A DNA stretch of 63,984 nt, counting the filler, from Basidioascus undulatus (lineage: Eukaryota): NCBI GenBank assembly GCA_000826855.1. It is 3 parts of 3 records of this genome, joined end to end, with 100 filler letters (N's around TTAATTAATTAA, not from the genome) between each part and the next. Parts side by side here need not be neighbours in the genome. Positions count along the whole stretch, not along the records: positions 21,435 to 42,768 come from JTLS01000333.1; 2 more parts are not named here. One strand, 5' to 3'. The notes beneath the pieces are model-generated. The model was given only the letters and a program-made list of their open reading frames with translations. It did no database searches and had not been told where the DNA came from. Positions within the stretch are counted from its first letter, which is position 1, and every line of letters begins with the position of its first letter. The position numbers and the translations under genes are program-made. This document shows positions 22,188 to 33,800 of this stretch, in pieces.

Positions 22188-25100
22188 TCAGAAGCTCTCC
22201 ATCACCTGCCTAGCCCACGGATTCCCCTCCAAGCGCTCCGCAAACTCCTTATAGCACGCCTTCAGCGCCTCCGCCTCCCCGTCCGTCCCAGCCATCACGA
22301 CGTCCTCCCCCCCTCCCGCACCGGCGATGCGCGCCGCGACGGCCTGCATGAATTCTTGTACGAGCGCGACGCCCGCTTCGGTCTCTTCCTTCGAGAGCGT
22401 GGAGGCGGCGGGGTTCTCGGCTTCTGTGTTCATAGGAAGAGAGAGGATGCGTTAGTCAAGGGCGCTGAGAGGAGAGGAGGAGAGGCAGCGAAGAGGACGC
22501 ACCGCCCCCGAAGTCTTCGAGCTCGTCGGCTTTGAGCTTGGCGAGCTGGTAGATCCACGCTGAAGTCAGCGACGGTGGGATAGGGTGATGAGAGTGGAGA
22601 ACGCCCACCTTGATCACGTCCTCCGGGAAGCCCGCGAGCTCAGCGACGTTGATGCCGAAGCTCTGGTCGCTCGTTCCTGCAGCGGACAGACATTCTCAGT
22701 TCGAAGCTTCTGGATAAACGAACGACCTTCCGTGATAAAACGCACCCGGCTCGACCTTGTACAAAAGCGAGATATCGCGGTCCTGTCTCCCGCCGCCCTC
22801 GCGCTTCTGGACATGCGCGACGACGTGCAAGTTCTTGACGTGCGGGACTTGCTTGGACATTTCTGGGCGATCGAGAAACGAAGCGGAGCCGTTAGTGAGA
22901 TGGTGTTAAGTACAAAGGGGAGTTTGGGGACATACCGGTAAGCTCGTGGAAGTGGCTAGCGAAGACGCAGAAGCTGCGGAGCTCGGTGGCGATGTGCTCG
23001 CTGATGGCCCACGCCAGACCGAAGCCGTCGTACGTCGACGTGCCGCGCCCGAGCTCGTCGATGATGATGAGGGAGTCTCGGCTGGCAGACTGCCACGCAT
23101 GTTCGGATCAGCAAGCGCTCTCCAGATCACTTGTGGGGACCAGTTACCTTCAGAATCGTCGCAGTCTCGAGCATCTCGGCCATGAACGTCGACACGCCCT
23201 TGAGCTGGCTGTCCCCTGCGCCGACGCGCGCGAGGATGCAGTCGAAGACGGGTGTCCGCGCGTCGGTGGCTGGGACGTAGCAGCCGACTTGCGCCAGGAG
23301 CGCGATTACACCGATCTGCATGAAGGTCGTGAGCACCGATGTGCAACTGTGGCCAGCCAACGCGACTGCTCACCTGGCGAATGTAGGTCGATTTGCCGCC
23401 CATGTTCGGACCGGTGATGATGAGGAACTCGCTCTCATCTGAGAAGTATTCGAGGGTAAATGAGCTGCTGCGCAGTCTAGAGATGTAGGTGAAGAAGCCT
23501 CAACGTACCGCGCTTGAGCGTCACGTCGTTCGATATGAAGTTCACGTCGTCCTGGACCTCCAAGCACGGGTGACGTGCCTCGGTCAGGATGAGGTCGCCG
23601 CCTGATTGCAATGCTTTTTGTCAGTAACACGCTTATCATAGCCAAATCGTAGTGAACGTACCCTTCTCGAGAACAGTTGGCTTTACGAAAGGATGGGTGT
23701 CGCCCATAGAGACGAATGCGAAGCTGCCAAGTGCAACTGCTCGTCAATAGCTGTCTTTGCAGGCCCGAATCCGCTTACGTACCTCATGATGACATCGATG
23801 TGAGCGAGGATGTTGTCGAGCAGTTCGAGGACCGGGCAGTACGTTGCTGTGTACCACCCATGCTTCTCGTCAGTCGCCATCTGGATTTAGTCGGGTAGCC
23901 GAGGAAACGCACCTGCGATCGACACGACCTCCTTGACGAGCTGGCTCTGCTGCTTCTCGTAGTCCTTCTGCAGCTCGGCGTAGTCCTCGCTCAGCGACTT
24001 GAGCACGTCCGTGCGGAAGTACGTTCCCGTCTTCTGTGTGGACAGCTCCGTGTACTTCTTCTTGTCCGCAATCGCCTTGGCCTCCTGCTCCCCTTACGCC
24101 CGTTCAGTCTCTCGCGCCTTGCTCCAAACCCAAGAAGCGAAAGGGAGGAAGGGGAGGACGCACAGCCTTGGTAACGCGGAAGACGTATCCGAACGTCGAG
24201 TGGTTCTCCATATGCACCTTCTTTCCCTTCTCGAGGCCGAGGCTCCGCGCGACGGACGTGAACTCGTTGTCGAGCTGATCGCGTGTCATGTGCAGGTTCC
24301 GGCGGATGTTCTGCAGCTTCGTGTCGAAGTCGGCCTTGATCACGTAGTTGTGGTGCTGCAGCTCATCGAGATCGATCGTCGCCTCGACCATCTCGACCAG
24401 CTTGGAGAGCGACGTATCGCATTCCTGATGTCCCGCCTTTCGTCAGCTAATGCACAGGGGCAAACAAGCTCACTCGGAAGGCGAAGAACGCACCCGAAGC
24501 TTGACGAGGTACATCTCCTCCAGCAGCGGGCGGTAGCTCTCCTCGTCGACCTGCGTCGCCTCGAACGTCTCAATCAAGCCGGGCACGAGCTGGCACGCTT
24601 GGTAGCTCCGGATGACGTCCTCAAGCGTCGCGACGCTCTTCTGGAAACGCTTGCTGAGGCGATGCAGGTCGGGCATGGTCTTGAGGAAGTCCTCCTGTAC
24701 AAACATGGAAATTAGCATCGGCGATTGGGAGGGAGTGATACCGGATTAACCTACCCGGATGACGCCGCGGGAGCTGCTGTCGGTCACAAAGATCTCGACA
24801 AGGTTCTGGCGCTTGTCTATGGGGCGTGTCAGCCAGGCGCACCAACCGTTCAGAGGGCGGAAGAACGTACGGATCTCGTGGAGGTTGACCAGCGGCTGCT
24901 TCAGCCATTGACCAAGCAAGCGCTGCCCTTGCGCGGTCTTGCAGCGGTTCAGCAGGCCGAAGAGGCTCATGTTCTTGTTGCCGCCGAGCTCGCCGGGCGC
25001 GGGGAAGAGGTTGAGCGCGCGCAGGGCGGACGCGTCGAGTTTCATGTACTGCGAGAGGTCGTGGTGGCGGAGCGAGAACTGGCCGAAGTTCGTGTCGTCC

Positions 25101-26553
25101 GACATGAGGCCGAGATAGGACGTGAGCGCGGAGGCGGCCGCAAGCGCTTGCTTGAGGTCGAACTCGGCTGTGGCGTGAAGGGAGGTGAGAAGAGGCGCCC
25201 ATAAAGAAAAGCATGATCGGGCGAAGGACTCACGCAGCTGCTTGATGTCAACGTCCTCCTTTAGCAGACGCTCGAGATCCTGCTCGATGTCCTTGGTCGT
25301 GAACTCGCCTGCACTCGACGCATCGTTGGTCAGAGGAGCACGATAGTCGATGCGAGAGAGAATATACGTACTCGCTTTCCGCTCAGTCACCACCACGCCG
25401 CACCTCTCCACCAGCGTCTTGAGCTTCGCAAGGTCCGGGTCCCGCGCCTTGTCGTCCGCCGCCAGCAAGCACTCCTTCACGCCGAGCTGGATCAGGAGCG
25501 ACTGTTGCGCAACGAAATGGCGATTCAGCCCCACGCCCCTGCTAGTGACGCATTGGGAAAAGAAACGTACCTCGACGTTGCTGAACAAGTCGTTGTCGAT
25601 AAACTCGCTCAGACCAATCTCGCGGATCGATGCGTCCGCGAAGGCAGCGCCGATTGTGAGCGCCTTGTCTTTGTTCGTGAGCTTGATCGCCATGACGATG
25701 GGGGCGGTGACGAGGTCGGAGGAGGTGAAGAGGAGGTCCTCGACATCTTGCAGGTTGCCGGGTGATGCCTGCAAGAAAGGAAATGGTCTGTCAGCTCATG
25801 CCCTACCGCTTCCGAACGTCTCCTCCCATTGCCGAAAGCCTCGAGGTTGATCCTACACCTGTATCGCGCAATAGCCGACAAGCTCAATGTCTAAGAGGAA
25901 GACTCACCTGCTTCTCCAGATGGAACACGCTCGCCTTCTTCCCACCCTCCGAGGCCCAGATCTCGACGCGCATCTGCCGCGCCGTGAGCGCCTCGCGGAG
26001 GTACATCTGCGCGTTCGTGCGGTTGAGGGTGACAGATGGCAAGCCGCTGCCGTTCTTCTTCGACCCCAGATACTTGATCACCGATTGCGTCTTGAAGACC
26101 TCGTTCGCGACCGCGATGGCGTCGTCGCCATGGGCCGAGTAGAAGTCCTATGAAGCTCCGTGTTAATCAGCCGGAGGACTGCAGGATGAGGAGGGAGAGA
26201 GCGGACCCCTCGCTCAAACAGCCGGACGGTTCCTTCTGGTTTCTGTAAATTAGCGGTGGTTCAGCCTTCACGCAGACAGCATCGGATGGAACGAGAGGGC
26301 GTACAGAAGGCATTTTGCGGAAGAACGAGCAGAACCCATCCTCCGCCGCGCTGTCTGTTCACCAGCAACCAACCGCCTCCGTCAAACCCCGTCCTGCATT
26401 CCAGAGGACCTCTTGCCTGGATCCTTCCGAGCCAAGTGCTACATACCGACTTCCAGCGCCGGGCGCTCCTGCGAGTACCTGGTCCGGCCGTCCAACCGGT
26501 CAAACGGGTCGTTGGACTGCCCTTGGATCATTCCGGACTCACATCAAAGACAT
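22188..26553 (-). CDS. MSH2: DNA mismatch repair protein MSH2
   Basis: Reconstructed start [126 protein letters not shown] and SFGINVAEL motifs. Confidence 0.98.
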
Positions 26554-27034
26554 AACCTCTCCCGATATCCAGAAAATATGTGTTGGGCTGCTGTAAGGGC
26601 GTGTGGGTGATGTGGAAGTTGAGGTTCGAGAGCAAGAACGCGTCGCGTCCGCTCTCATTTCCGAGCGCGTCAGTCTCGCGGTTGGTCCACGGACAGCAAC
26701 ACACGGCTATCTCGTGCAATCGTTCTGCGACGCCAACCAACTCGCAGTTTTTGTACCCTTTTCCCATTATGTTCTGCTAAAGTATTGAAATATTCTCTGG
26801 TAGCATATCCTATCTGGGCGAGGCTCGACCCTCTGTTACCTTCCCAGCTCGAGACCACTTCGACAGGCCAGCACCATTCAGTCGGCAACCTGTACGCCTC
26901 CAAGCTCTCTAAAGCGCTCTGGTGCCAGAGTCTGGAATCCATTCAGATTCCAGGCCTGGGCGTGTATATAGTATCTGTGCCCTACCGCTTTCCACGTTAT
27001 TTGGCGCTCGCCCAAGGCGCCTGCACAGCTGCGC

Positions 27035-27750
27035 ATGGTGCTCGATGAGCTCGATGAGGACGCCGACGACACGGACGGCGGGTCCCTTCGCGGATACGAT
27101 GTCGTGTGCGTAATCCTGCCTGTTTTCGTTTTCTCGGTGTCTTCAGGCTTGGAGGGTCACCGTCAAACTCATCATCAACGAGGAGGGCATCGCGAAGCGA
27201 CTCGGGCTCGCTCTTCTCCATTAGGCGGCGTCCCGTTCGACACGCCCGACGCCATAATCCAGGAGCTCGTACGTTCGGCCCTAGTGCGTGTTCCAGCCTT
27301 GTCTGTGGGGTGACATGCGTGCTCACATTGGGCCGCTCCCGCTTTCCCGCTCTAGTACTGTGGCGGCGACGACGGCAAGCCCACCGAGGGGGTCCAGCAC
27401 CACGAAGGCCTGCGCTTCTCGTGCAAGGAGTGCGTCCCTGTCACATATGCGGGCTTGTGGGCTTACGGAAGTGCGTCTGCGGCTGGGCGTTGCCCAATCT
27501 TCTCATCGGGCTGCCCGCGCGTCTCCACGAGAACAGCTGGATGTAGGGTATGTACTCTTCCTGACACCTTAGGCCCGTGATTATACGCACTGTGCGTGCT
27601 GAAATGCATATCAGCGTCGATGCAGGCGAGCACACGTACCCCAAGCTACTCGACCTCAGGTCACCTCCCTGAAACCGGTGAAACCACAGACGTCACGCGC
27701 AAGTTGGGCCTGCTCTGGTACGCCGGGCGGCATAGAGAGAAGGGAAGATC
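27035..27750 (+). pseudogene. Unrecognised small multi-exon gene, copy A (decayed)
   Basis: Collinear homology with 36880-37581(-): KLIINEEGIAKRL, PFDTPDAIIQEL, ARLHENSWM, GEHTYPKLLD; contains stops and frameshifts. Confidence 0.55.
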
Positions 27751-29944
27751 CTCTTGCTTGGGCGATAGTACTCCGGCACCGGTCCCTCGCTCCTCTTCCC
27801 AGTTCACTAGACTACCCTCCACTAAATCTTCAAGCCCAAACACTATCTTACATTTCTATCACTCTCCTATTGCAGTAGTATGAACAGTGCCGCATATGGC
27901 ATCGGACATGCTCAGACTGTAGACGGCCTTTCTTCATCTCATTTATGCTTGAACTTATCAGTAGTGGGCGGAACATGAGGCTTTCAACTTTTGTTTTGGT
28001 CTTCCATAAATATTAGAAGAGGAAATCACGAAAAACACCCACCGGGCCTCAGATTGGAGAGTTTCGGGAAGTGCCAGGACAACCACAGTAGAAGCGTTTC
28101 ACCTCTTCTGCACAACATTGGCTTCCCCCGTCAGGTCCTCGAAGCGCTCCCCTTTTGGGAATTCTATTTCTTCGAGAAACATAGTCTATTCAGGCCGTTG
28201 GTGTCCAGAGGAGCGGGAGGTACAGGCCAAGCGACACGGCTTCCTGGTGCGCGCTGTTCCAAACCAGGCCCTACCTATCGCTGAACTAATGCGCAGGTGT
28301 AAAGATGTTCGTGAGCTTCCAGATTTCTCTGGGCTCTCAGCTGATGACCTGTGCGCCTTACGGTGAGGGTCACTCCGAGGACAAGACAGGCCTGCAGGCG
28401 CTTGCGGTCGTCCTCCGGCGATGCACACGAGGAGCTCTGCAAACGCCTCCGTGTGGAGTGGCTTTCGTGAATCACGAGCTCACTCACAAGGAAGAAAGAA
28501 AAACCATACGAATTAAATCGACATCGCATCCTTACTCCCGCCCAAGTCTCGGCCTGCGGTTGACTGACCTTGCAGGTTGTTTCCGTCTTCCTCACGAAAC
28601 ACGACCCTAACTCTCCATCCTCTCACTCCTCAGCTCCTGTTATCTATCCAAGACCTCTTTTCGCAGACCTACAAATCTCAATGATGGACATGTGCTCCCT
28701 GCTCACCTCTTCCGGGCGCCAACCATTATTCCAGCGCGTCCCTGGACGAAAGCGCAACAACGCCGACGAGAATGGCAAACTTCCATGGCTGCGTTCGAAG
28801 CCTCAGAAGCCTCCATAGATTTGAGCGCCCTTCTCGCCAAGCATAAAAAAAGGTCCTAGAAATGACGAGTAGACGTGCAGTCCGCTTCACGCGCGCCCGT
28901 GCTGTCCCCGCCGGCAGGACAAACTGCGAAGCCCTTCGTTGCGACGCAGCGCGCTCCGGTCGCCCCGACAAAGCCTGCCAGGCCCGGCGCCTCCTCAAAC
29001 AGGCTCTTCCTACCCCAGAAGTACCTGCAATCTTCGCCGACATCCGCGCCTACGTCTCGACATACCTTCCCTCTTGCACGTCCCTTCGGCGGACGCTGAA
29101 AGTGAGCAATCTCCCGCTCTACCACCCCACCCCTAGGCGCCACCCACCACCTACCCCCAACTGACTTAATCTATGTGCTCTCACTTCTAATGGACCACGG
29201 CGCCACAATTACCCCCTTCGCAACAGCCACCCTTGTCGTGCTCGACCCCTCGCGGAAGGACGCTACCTCGGTCGTCCTCCGCGCTGAGCGGTCTAAGAAG
29301 ACGATCACCCGAATGGCTTCGGGAGAATAAATTCTTGCCGATACTCCCAGTGCGTGGTTTCAATATCGGAGGGGATGAAAGGGAAATGGATCACTCAAAG
29401 TTGCAAAGAAATGCAGCAGTGCAATCAACAACGGACCCTGTCCGCTTCCACAGGCCTGCAACCCATAATTCTTTCCCTCGTCCTGGCCTCCCAAACAGCT
29501 TCTCTCCTCTGAGGTTGCTAATGAATTGAATCCCTCGCTTGTGGGCGAGTTGCAGAGGTGTGGGCGGGCCGAATGCTTCAGCGACTCAGCTTTCTCTGAG
29601 CGGACCTTTTCTATGCAGCAGAGATTTTGTCAGCATTAAAGAGGTTAGCTCTGAGCGAAAAAAAATTGGGGTTGCTAATCTCGGGCAGCGACGGCCTGGA
29701 GCGACTCGGTAGCTTTGGCCGTCGCACAAGAGTGATTGAGCGTTCTTGGTGGCGGGACTTTGCGAGCAATGTGCACGTTCTGCGTTAGTCTTTCTTATTC
29801 TTCGTAGTTCATTGTTGTGTCGCCGGGCGTTCCGTCCAGACCTCCGCTGTCAATGCTGCGAAGGCTGCCAAAATCCATGGCTAAAACAGCTGCAATCTAT
29901 GTGCATGTGAATCCTGCCTGCTCTCCCTGATACAGTTGGCCTGT

Positions 29945-30100
29945 TCTCATGCTGAAATGCGCTTTTGGAAACTTCAGACGGCCACACGTACCCCAGCTGC
30001 TCAACGTCCAGGTCACTTCCCACGAAACCGGTGAAACCACCTCGGTGGGTGACTTGGGTTTGCTCTGGTACGTCGGGTGATATAAAAAGAAGGGATAAGT
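29945..30100 (+). pseudogene. Unrecognised gene family, copy B (last intron end and last exon only)
   Basis: GCTGAAATGC..CACACGTACCCC..CAGGTCAC..GAAACCGGTGAAACCAC..TGCTCTGGTACG shared with 27597-27745. Confidence 0.65.
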
Positions 30101-30835
30101 TTTTTTTTGGCTTATCTCTGTTTTCCGTGCAGACGGGGTACGACTACTGCGCTGGGGCAAGTTTCAAACATACACCGCCAGTCCCTCATTTCGCTTTCCG
30201 GTTCGCCACATCACCCTGCACCCAAGTCCTCCATTTCAAAACCTACCTTGCCTTGGTACTGCAGTATTACTTGTCATTTAATACTTTTCAAACATCCAAA
30301 GAGTAACGCCAAACATATCGGCCATTTTTCATAAGGGACGTCCCTGTAAACCGCTGCGCTGTTGACAACGGACCTGTTCGGCACGAAAAGCCCCTCTTCC
30401 CGGTCCTTACTTTCCTCCAGAAACTTGGGACCCTTGCATGTGTGTAGAGCATATTTTGTTTCTGTTTTTGCGTTGGCTTACGAGCGAGCTGCAGTCTGAG
30501 AGAAGTGCAGAGCGGGCTCAACGCGTCTCTGGTGCAGACATAGATATGCACCGTCCGAGTCGCCTGCCTTGCTTCTCTTGCACTCCAACAGACACTGTGA
30601 TTATTCTACTTTAATATTTTCTCTTGAAGTGAGTAAAAAGGTGAGGCTGAGCGCAACAAAAAGAAAAGGGGGAACGTCCAGGAAGTTGCACGTGCTTGCG
30701 ATTACACCAAAACGCTGCCGTTGCTGTGCTGGTCCTCCTCAATTGCAACCATCACCTTCTCTCAACTCACTTACTGACCTTCGATAATCGATCAATTTTC
30801 AAACCATCGAAAACCAAATTCACTTTCTTTTCTTG

Positions 30836-33800
30836 ATGTCGTCCTCATCCCAGCCTCCCCTTCCATTATCATCCCAGCCCATCGACCTCACGCGCTCCTC
30901 GCCTCCTCCCGCCAACTCCTCCGACGGGGAAGTCCAGCTCGTCTTTCGCTCCAGCACCTCCACGCCCGCTGGACCTACGCCTAAACCGAAGAAGTCGCGC
31001 GTCCTTCCGTGGAACGACGCTGGCGAGTCCAGCGCGGCGGAGAGCAAAGGAAAGGGGAAAGCGAGGGCAAACGAGGGCGGGGGCTCGGACGTCGAGATCC
31101 TCACCCCCCTCAAGGCGTCGGGCTCGGGTCCAGCGCCGAGCCAGAGTAGTACTTATACGCCGACTTCGAGTGCGGGTAACTTGAGGAGCGAGGTTCTCTA
31201 CCCTCCGTCAGGGCGGGAGTCCAACTATGGGTTCGAGGTGCGTCCCTGTCACCCTTCCTCCCTCTTTCCCTCATCCCACTCACTCAACCCTCAACATCTT
31301 TTCCAGTACGCCCGCTCCAACCGCGCTTCTTGCAAAGGTTCTTCTCTCCCTCTCCCTAAAAGATGCAGGGCCCGCGCGACTGAACCCCCTACCTTACAGC
31401 CCGCGGCGCCTGCTCCGGCTCCAAGATCCCCAAGGACTCGCTCAAGTTTGCGGTCCTCGGCGCGGGGTGGCAGGGCGAGCCGGGGCTTATGTGGAGGCAC
31501 TGGTGCGTCTCATCTCTCATCTCCCGCTCATTCCTTTCATTCCCTCCTTGTCGAAGCGGTGACCTTTTTGGGGCGCCGCAGGGGCTGTATCTCCCTCGCC
31601 GAACTGCGCGCGCTCCAGGGATGCAGGCTCGATCACGTACCCGGCTTCCGCTCGCTGAAGGAGGAGGATCAGGCTCGCGTGCGGGCGGCGGTGCAGGCTG
31701 GGAGACGTGGGCTGCCTCCTCCCTCTCCCCTCTTCCCTCTACTCTTTCCCCTTTCCTGCATCCTTGCTCATCCCTTCCCTCCCCACAGTCCGCGACTCCG
31801 ACCTCTCCCCCGGCGCCCGTCTGCCGCCCGATCTCTCCTCCTTCCCTCCCGCCTCTCCCACTCCCACCCAAACCCCCACCCGCAAACGCCCCGCCCCAAC
31901 CTCCTCTCCCGCCGGCCCCTCCTCCACCCCCGTGGAGGAGCCCTCCGACTCCCAAGAGCAGGAGCCAGAGCCGGAGGAGGTCCTCTACGTGTCGATGCGC
32001 ACGGACGTCGTCGGCGTACAGTACTACCGCGGCTTGGTCGACTTTGGGGAGCTCGTTTCGCTTGTGCGGGAGGTGCGTACGCTCGGAGTGGGAGGAGGGG
32101 AGAGGGGTGGAAAGGGGGCTGAGGAGGGAAGGGGATGGGGTAGCCGAGGAACGCGTATGATCCGAATGCTATTAGGGTGGATAATATTCGGGGAGTTCAG
32201 GGTGTGTCGGTTTGCTTCGTTCTTCTCTCTTTTCGTTTCGTACCTCTCTTTATGTGAGAGCGGGTGGAGGCTTACCCCCACCCTCGCTCACCAGTCGGCC
32301 ACGTCCCCCGCAACATAGCGTCGCGCCTCGCACCTCTGCTCGACAAAGTCCGTCTCCGCCTTCCTCCCTCCTTTCTTCTCCTCTTCCTCTCCCGTCCCTT
32401 CCCCTCACTCCTACCCGTACTGCATCACAGAACATAGTGACCGCAGAAGGTACCATGAACTCGTCCAACGTCTCCGGCCGGGGCGGGGGCGGGAACACCT
32501 ACAAGCTCGCCATGACGCTGTCGATCTTTGGGCGCGCGGCGTGGAGGGAGAGGCTGGAGCCGCTGCTTGTTTGGGTGCGTTTCTTTTTCTCCCCTCCCTA
32601 TTCCTCTTCCTTCCACCTATTCGCGAACTCCTCTTCCTCTCACCCACCCCGCGAGACTGACGGGCAACGATGGACGACCGACAGGCCACCCCCGGCCAGC
32701 GCGGCTTCGCCGCCATGCGCGCTGCGAACCAGACTAGCGTGTCGGACACGTCTTCCTCCAGCCCCCAAAAGAAGGGCAAGGGCAAAGCCGCCTCCTCCTC
32801 CCTTGCTGTGGGACCAAGTGGGAATGCGAGGACGACAGTGCCAGACGCGGAGATGCGCCGCGTCTTGGACGGGCTGGACAAGGTCAAGCGGGACGAGTCG
32901 GGGGAGGGGCTGCTGGTGCGTCGATGGTTCGTTGGGGGGAAGAAATATGGGCAGCTGACAAGTGAATGGGGGACAGGACGCGCTCTGCAACGAGGTGGAC
33001 CTCCTGAAGCTGCCGGTGCACCCCGACCCGCCTGGGCGGGCGAATGGGCTGTTGAGGAGCGAGTTGCTTAGGCACCAGGTGCTCCTCTCCCGCCTTCCGC
33101 TTTCTCCCACCCATTCCCAATCCCCCTCTTTCTTTGCGCTCTATTCTGCGCGCGGACGCTGATTAATGAGCATTGGGCACGGGCGCACGGCAGTCGCAAG
33201 GCCTCGCGTGGATGGAGCGCGCAGAGAACCCCATCCGCCCGCGCACGCCGAAAGATGCGCAGGTCCAGTTTTGGGTCAAGAAGGCGAATGGGCCGGGGCA
33301 GGTCGGTTTTCCACCCTTCTTTCTCTCGTCTTCATCCCATCACCGGTCACTTTCAAAGCACAGTCTCCTATTTAACAGACCTACTTCTACAACTTCGCCA
33401 CGAAGACCCCGCAGGCCGAGGCGCCCGTCCTGGGCCGCGGCGGGCTGCTCAGCGACGGGATGGGCCTGGGGAAGACGCTCTCCATCCTCGCGCTCGCGGT
33501 GCACACCGCGCGGGAGGACGTTGGCGAGGGCTACTCGTCCGCGACGCTTGTTGTTTGCCCGCTTTCGGTGGTTTCTAGTGAGTAGTTGCGCTGTCGAAAC
33601 GGATGGGGAGAGCGTGTTGGGTGGAGGCTGATGCGGATGTGGTGGGAAGATTGGGAAACGCAGATCAAGGTGCGGAGAGGGTGAAGGAAGGAAGGAAGGG
33701 AGGAAAGGGAAGGCTGAGTGGAGTGGAAAAACAGGAACACGTCTCGGCGCCGGAGTTCTCGTACCACGTCTATCATGGCGACGGGCGGAAGGTCTCTCCT

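Noticed and set aside
28020..28170. Weak similarity to 45400-45575 on the minus strand (CCARGACAACCAC)
   Set aside because: Match too short to call a repeat without an alignment.
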